Assembly: GCA_964502375.1 (NCBI GenBank)
Contig: CAZCWN010000001.1
Span: 16,278 to 80,277, forward strand
DNA: 64,000 bases
Direction: 5' to 3'
DNA from: an uncultured Rhizobium sp.
GTDB lineage: Bacteria > Pseudomonadota > Alphaproteobacteria > Rickettsiales > UBA1997
Shown: positions 60,380 to 64,000 of the stretch, piece after piece
Position numbering within the stretch: the first letter of the stretch is position 1
Layout of the letters: the number at the start of each line of letters is the position of its first letter
Translations under genes and position numbers: made by a program
Notes under the pieces: model-generated
Told to the model about the DNA's origin: nothing
Seen by the model: the letters and a program-made list of their open reading frames with translations, nothing else
Database searches by the model: none

Positions 60380-61068
60380 GTATAAAATTCCATTTTTTTG
60401 GCAAAAATTGTTTTATTGATCGAGGGCTAGAAAACCGCTCTGACATTAAGCGCCGCCTTAATGAGGAAAAAATTACTCCGCGCCATATTTTATTTTTAAA
60501 GCAAATACATAGTGCAGAAGTTGTGGTTATTGATGCGGAAGAAAAAATTTATGAGGGGCAAGACCTGCCAAGGGCTGATGCCTTAATCACAAATTTAAAA
60601 AATGTCGTAATTGCTGTTGTTACCGCTGATTGCGGCCCACTTTTATTCTTTGATGAAGAGAAAAAAATCATTGCTGCCGCGCATGCCGGTTGGCGCGGCG
60701 CAAAGCTTGGCATTATTGACTCTACCGTGGCGGCGATGAAAAAACTTGGCGCTGAAAATATACGCACAATTATTGGGCCGATGATTCAGCAAAAATCTTA
60801 TGAAGTTTCGAGAGATTTTTTTGACGAGTTTCTCAATGAAAATAAAGATAATGAAAAATTTTTTATAAATGGTGCGAAGCCTGATAAATACTTGTTCGAT
60901 CTGCCTGCTTATATTGAAAAAAAATTACAATTAGCTGGGGTCAAAGAAATCAAAAATTTTAGGCACGATACTTATTCAAACGAAAAAGATTTTTTCAGCT
61001 TTAGAAGATCAACCCACAATGGCGGAAAAGATTTTGGAAATAATATTTCACTAATAGTTATGGAATAA
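60376..61068 (+). CDS. pgeF: YfiH/PgeF-family laccase-domain protein (purine nucleoside phosphorylase / peptidoglycan editing factor)
   Basis: L.Q.HS..V, TADC.P..F and AAAHAGWRG blocks. Confidence 0.9.
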   Translation: MSIKFHFFGKNCFIDRGLENRSDIKRRLNEEKITPRHILFLKQIHSAEVVVIDAEEKIYEGQDLPRADALITNLKNVVIAVVTADCGPLLFFDEEKKIIAAAHAGWRGAKLGIIDSTVAAMKKLGAENIRTIIGPMIQQKSYEVSRDFFDEFLNENKDNEKFFINGAKPDKYLFDLPAYIEKKLQLAGVKEIKNFRHDTYSNEKDFFSFRRSTHNGGKDFGNNISLIVME

Positions 61069-61105
61069 TGCAGCGCAGCGACGGCCAAAAGTGAAAGCGG
61101 GAAGG

Positions 61106-61181
61106 TGGTGCCTGGAGCCGGAATCGAACCAGCGACACAAGGATTTTCAGTCCTTTGCTCTACCGACTGAGCTATCCAGGC
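61106..61181 (-). tRNA. tRNA-Phe (anticodon GAA), CCA encoded
   Basis: The reverse complement GCCTGGATAGCTCAGTCGGTAGAGCAAAGGACTGAAAATCCTTGTGTCGCTGGTTCGATTCCGGCTCCAGGCACCA folds as a 76-nt cloverleaf. Confidence 0.92.
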
Positions 61182-61264
61182 GCAAAGAGGTTTTAAAAAA
61201 GAGCCGTGCAAGCTAAGTTTGGGCTTTTATTTTGCAAGCTCCTACAAAATTTTTACAAAAAAAT

Positions 61265-61399
61265 ATGGAAAACTTGCTTGATTATTCAACCTATGTTTTG
61301 GCCGCTTATGCTTTTACTGGCGCGGTTCTGGGCGGTTTAATGCTTATTGTTCTTACACGCTATATTTCTCTAAGAAAAAAATTTCAAATTTCTAAATAA
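61265..61399 (+). CDS. ccmD: heme exporter protein D (44 aa; below the ORF-track size cut-off)
   Basis: Hand translation gives MENLLDYSTYVLAAYAFTGAVLGGLMLIVLTRYISLRKKFQISK: a single TM helix plus a basic tail, as in CcmD. Its TAA is immediately followed by the GTG start of ccmE. Confidence 0.7.
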   Translation: MENLLDYSTYVLAAYAFTGAVLGGLMLIVLTRYISLRKKFQISK

Positions 61400-61828
61400 G
61401 TGAAAAATCAGCGTAAAAAAAAGCGAATGATTTTTGTGGCCACAAGCATTGCGCTTTCTCTCGCCGCTCTGGCATTTGTTATTGTCAGCTTTCGCGACAA
61501 TATAGTGTTTTTCTATTCCCCAAGCGAACTGGAGAACCCACAAATTCTGAAAAAAATCAATGATCGCCAGATCAGAATTGGCGGACTTGTAAAAGAAAAT
61601 AGTATAAAAAGGATCAATTCTTTGACCACAGAATTCACAGTCACAGATCTAAAAAAAGAACTACGCGTAGAATATGTGGGAATATTGCCCGATCTGTTTC
61701 GTGAAAAGCAGGGAGTGGTGGCTAAAGGCAAATTTGATACAGAAAAAAATCAATTTTATTCACGCGAACTTCTTATAAAGCATGATGAAAAATATATGCC
61801 CCCAGAAGTAAAAAAGGCTCTGGAATAA
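61400..61828 (+). CDS. ccmE: cytochrome c-type biogenesis heme chaperone CcmE
   Basis: N-terminal membrane anchor, an OB-fold (R.GGLV....I........F.VTD......V.Y.G.LPDLFRE.QGVVA.G) and the heme-binding His in L.KHDEKYMPPEV. Confidence 0.93.
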   Translation: MKNQRKKKRMIFVATSIALSLAALAFVIVSFRDNIVFFYSPSELENPQILKKINDRQIRIGGLVKENSIKRINSLTTEFTVTDLKKELRVEYVGILPDLFREKQGVVAKGKFDTEKNQFYSRELLIKHDEKYMPPEVKKALE

Positions 61829-61842
61829 AGGTAGGGGTCTTT

Positions 61843-62571
61843 TTATTTAGTCACCATTTCCCTTAATTCTGCGCTTCTTTTTTCAATCACTTTCTCCAAC
61901 TTGGCCATAAATTCTTTCTTAGATAGACCTGGCTCTATGGGCTCAAGAAATTCCAAAGTAATTTTTCCGGGTTTTTTTGCGAATTTACTTCTACCCCAAA
62001 AAATTCCTGAATTTAGCGCCGCCGGGACAACTTTCACGCCGCAAGCAAGATAGAGAGCCACGACCCCAGATTGATAGGGATATTTCTCAACTGTTCCCTT
62101 AGGAGGAACTCGGGTGCCTTGAGGAAAAATTATTATGGATTGGCCTCGCCCTAAGTAACTTTTGCTCTGCTTAATTAAATCTTTAAGGGCACTAGCGCCT
62201 CCCCGACGGTCAACTTTAATCCCGCTCATAATGCGCAAATACCAACCGTAAAAAGGGATCATTAATAATTCTTTTTTATAGGCATAGACTGGGCGTCTAA
62301 CAACCAAATGCATTACTATAGTTTCCCACATAGACTCATGCTTGCAGGCTATAATACAGGGTTCTTTTGGAATATTTTCTAGCCCCACAAATTCATGCTC
62401 AATTTTGCACAGTTTTTTTAACGTCCCCAAACCAATTTCTGCCCACACTTTAGCGCCGTGGTCAGCCATTTTAGAGCTGCGAGTAATAAACACGGGGAAA
62501 TAAATGATAGGAATAATTGCGCCCCATGCATTGATAAACAGCCAAAAAAGGAAGTAAGTAATGGAACGCAT
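61843..62571 (-). CDS. plsC: 1-acyl-sn-glycerol-3-phosphate acyltransferase
   Basis: 242 aa with an N-terminal TM segment, an acyltransferase block I variant (CKHESMWE), the FPQGTR block and a V.VVPAA block. Confidence 0.85.
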   Translation of the reverse strand: MRSITYFLFWLFINAWGAIIPIIYFPVFITRSSKMADHGAKVWAEIGLGTLKKLCKIEHEFVGLENIPKEPCIIACKHESMWETIVMHLVVRRPVYAYKKELLMIPFYGWYLRIMSGIKVDRRGGASALKDLIKQSKSYLGRGQSIIIFPQGTRVPPKGTVEKYPYQSGVVALYLACGVKVVPAALNSGIFWGRSKFAKKPGKITLEFLEPIEPGLSKKEFMAKLEKVIEKRSAELREMVTK

Positions 62572-62594
62572 CGAAAACAGGTTGCTAAGGAAGG

Positions 62595-62669
62595 TGGTGC
62601 CGATTGAGAGATTCGAACTCCCGACCCACTGTTTACAAGACAGTAGCTCTACCCCTGAGCTAAATCGGC
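62595..62669 (-). tRNA. tRNA-Thr (anticodon TGT), CCA encoded
   Basis: The reverse complement GCCGATTTAGCTCAGGGGTAGAGCTACTGTCTTGTAAACAGTGGGTCGGGAGTTCGAATCTCTCAATCGGCACCA folds as a 75-nt cloverleaf. Confidence 0.92.
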
Positions 62670-62748
62670 TATAAAAATTAAGTTCAGATAAGCAAAATGA
62701 AGCGCGGCAAAATATTTTCTACTTAAAAAACTGCAAGAGCTTTGTGCT

Positions 62749-63324
62749 TTATTCTATAGCTTTTGGCTTTGCAACCGCAACCAAGGCTGGTCGAATAAGG
62801 CGATCAGCGATTGAGTAACCTGCTTGTACAACCTGCACTACAGTACCTTCTTCAGCATCACTTTCAACATGCGATATCGCTTCATGGAAATGATGATTAA
62901 ATTTTTCATTAAGGGGAAAAATCCTTTTTACCTGATTTTTCTCCAAAACCTTTATCAGCTCTTTTTCCGTCATCATAATAGCATCAGCATAATGCTTAAT
63001 TGCTGGAACCTTTTCAATCTCTTCTTTTGGAGCGTTATTACTGGCCATAAAAAAGTTTTCTACCACCACGACTAAGTCGCTAACAAAATTAGAAATGGCG
63101 AATTTTGAGGCTTTTTCAAGCTCCTCGCGCGATCTTCTACGAATGTTATCAAGTTCAGCAAGGCAACGCAAAACTTTATCATTTAATTCACTATTTTTTT
63201 TCTCTAAATCGGCAATTTTTTCTTCCAATTGTTTTTGCCCAAAATCATTAGCCTCCCGCTTGTTTTCTACTTGGCTTTGCTCAGTGCTTTGAGATTCAGT
63301 TTTATTTTCCTGATTTTCTAACAT
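62749..63324 (-). CDS. grpE: nucleotide exchange factor GrpE
   Basis: 191 aa with an acidic N-terminus, a long coiled coil (R..AE.DN.RRR) and a C-terminal F.P..H.A........G.V..V.Q.GY....R..RPA.V.V. Confidence 0.95.
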   Translation of the reverse strand: MLENQENKTESQSTEQSQVENKREANDFGQKQLEEKIADLEKKNSELNDKVLRCLAELDNIRRRSREELEKASKFAISNFVSDLVVVVENFFMASNNAPKEEIEKVPAIKHYADAIMMTEKELIKVLEKNQVKRIFPLNEKFNHHFHEAISHVESDAEEGTVVQVVQAGYSIADRLIRPALVAVAKPKAIE

Positions 63325-63527
63325 TTTTGACTCCTAGATTAAATTACCTTTTAGAATTAGCGTGACCTTAGGCTTGTTAAAAGATAGGTTCACCACTATT
63401 TAGATTTTAGATGCGTGGCAGAAAAATATGATCGGTTTGGGCGATTTCAATAGATAGATTTACTTTAATTTTCTTTGGACGTAGAGTAAGGCAGAAATTA
63501 ACTAATCCTCCCTAACAAATTTCCAAC

Positions 63528-64000
63528 ATGTCAGAAAAAATTTTAGATCAGGCCAACTACCTGATTCCTATGGTTATTGAACAAACTTCCCGAGGCGAAA
63601 GATCTTATGATATCTATTCGCGCCTTTTAAAAGAGCGTATCATTTTCTTATCAGGTCAGGTTAACGATCAGGTTTCTTCTTTGGTTGTTGCTCAATTACT
63701 TTTCTTGGAATCAGAAGATCCAAAAAAAGACATTTATTTTTATATTAATTCTCCTGGCGGCATTGTAACTTCAGGGCTTGCCATGTATGACACTATGCAA
63801 TATATTCGCCCTGACGTGGCAACGCTTTGTGTTGGTCAGGCCGCTTCCATGGGTTCACTACTTTTGACAGCCGGAGCCCCAGGCAAAAGATTTAGTTTAC
63901 CAAACGCGCGCATTATGATTCACCAGCCACTCGGCGGCTATCAAGGGCAAGCAACGGACATTGAGATTCATGCTAAAGAAACTTTAGACCTGAAAAAAAG
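63528..64000 (+). CDS. clpP: ATP-dependent Clp protease proteolytic subunit (partial; runs off the window)
   Basis: Hand translation gives [46 protein letters not shown]...[26 protein letters not shown], then the active-site GQAASMGS and RIMIHQP. This ORF is not in the track because it is cut by the window edge. Confidence 0.95.
   Translation, partial: MSEKILDQANYLIPMVIEQTSRGERSYDIYSRLLKERIIFLSGQVNDQVSSLVVAQLLFLESEDPKKDIYFYINSPGGIVTSGLAMYDTMQYIRPDVATLCVGQAASMGSLLLTAGAPGKRFSLPNARIMIHQPLGGYQGQATDIEIHAKETLDLKK

Noticed and set aside
60972-61211. 79-aa minus-strand ORF
   Set aside because: It consists largely of the translated tRNA-Phe sequence (61106-61181) and the antisense of the pgeF 3' end.
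63325-63527. Heat-shock regulatory elements (CIRCE, sigma-32 promoter) between grpE and clpP
   Set aside because: There is no CIRCE inverted repeat (TTAGCACTC-N9-GAGTGCTAA). A CTTG at 63373-63376 followed by CACCACTATTT at about 63391 only loosely fits the alphaproteobacterial RpoH consensus CTTG-N17-CYTATNT, with a mismatched -10. That is too weak to call.

Overview
This 64-kb window comes from an AT-rich, very gene-dense bacterial chromosome. I call about 67 CDS and 4 tRNAs. I found no rRNA, CRISPR array, transposase, integrase or phage gene. Several features suggest an alphaproteobacterial intracellular symbiont (Rickettsiales/Holosporales-like), which is an inference, not a database result. 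These are a Cys-less L31, a DUF2628-hisH pair, a fused IspDF, type-2 IleRS sequence, a DUF185/NDUFAF7-like methyltransferase, scattered nuo and ccm genes, and ankyrin-repeat proteins. Most genes are housekeeping: translation factors, aaRS, uvrA, priA, bamA, purM, guaB, bioB, nadC, lpdA, nuoF, grpE and clpP. Many abut or overlap by 1-28 nt. The items most worth a second look are: (1) a gap-free minus-strand string at 43.5-50.1 kb that opens with a lipoprotein secretin, followed by an ABC-2-like permease with no ATPase, an unknown TM/helical protein, nadC, an MsbA-like exporter and a sugar-phosphate nucleotidyltransferase; (2) an intact 271-aa ORF that is only the C-terminal part of a type-2 isoleucyl-tRNA synthetase, sitting 2 nt after purM where purN normally lies; (3) two adjacent ankyrin-repeat ORFs 4 nt apart in a +1 frame relationship across a CCC-TAA junction; (4) a 691-bp non-coding gap upstream of bamA holding three perfect 17-bp tandem repeats; (5) a Fur-family regulator translationally coupled (ATGA) to an unknown HExxH protein; (6) a structured leader plus a tiny Lys/His-rich secreted protein; (7) an unlisted 44-aa ccmD and the classical prfB +1 frameshift site. 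All functional calls rest on motif recognition by eye from the supplied translations. No searches were run.
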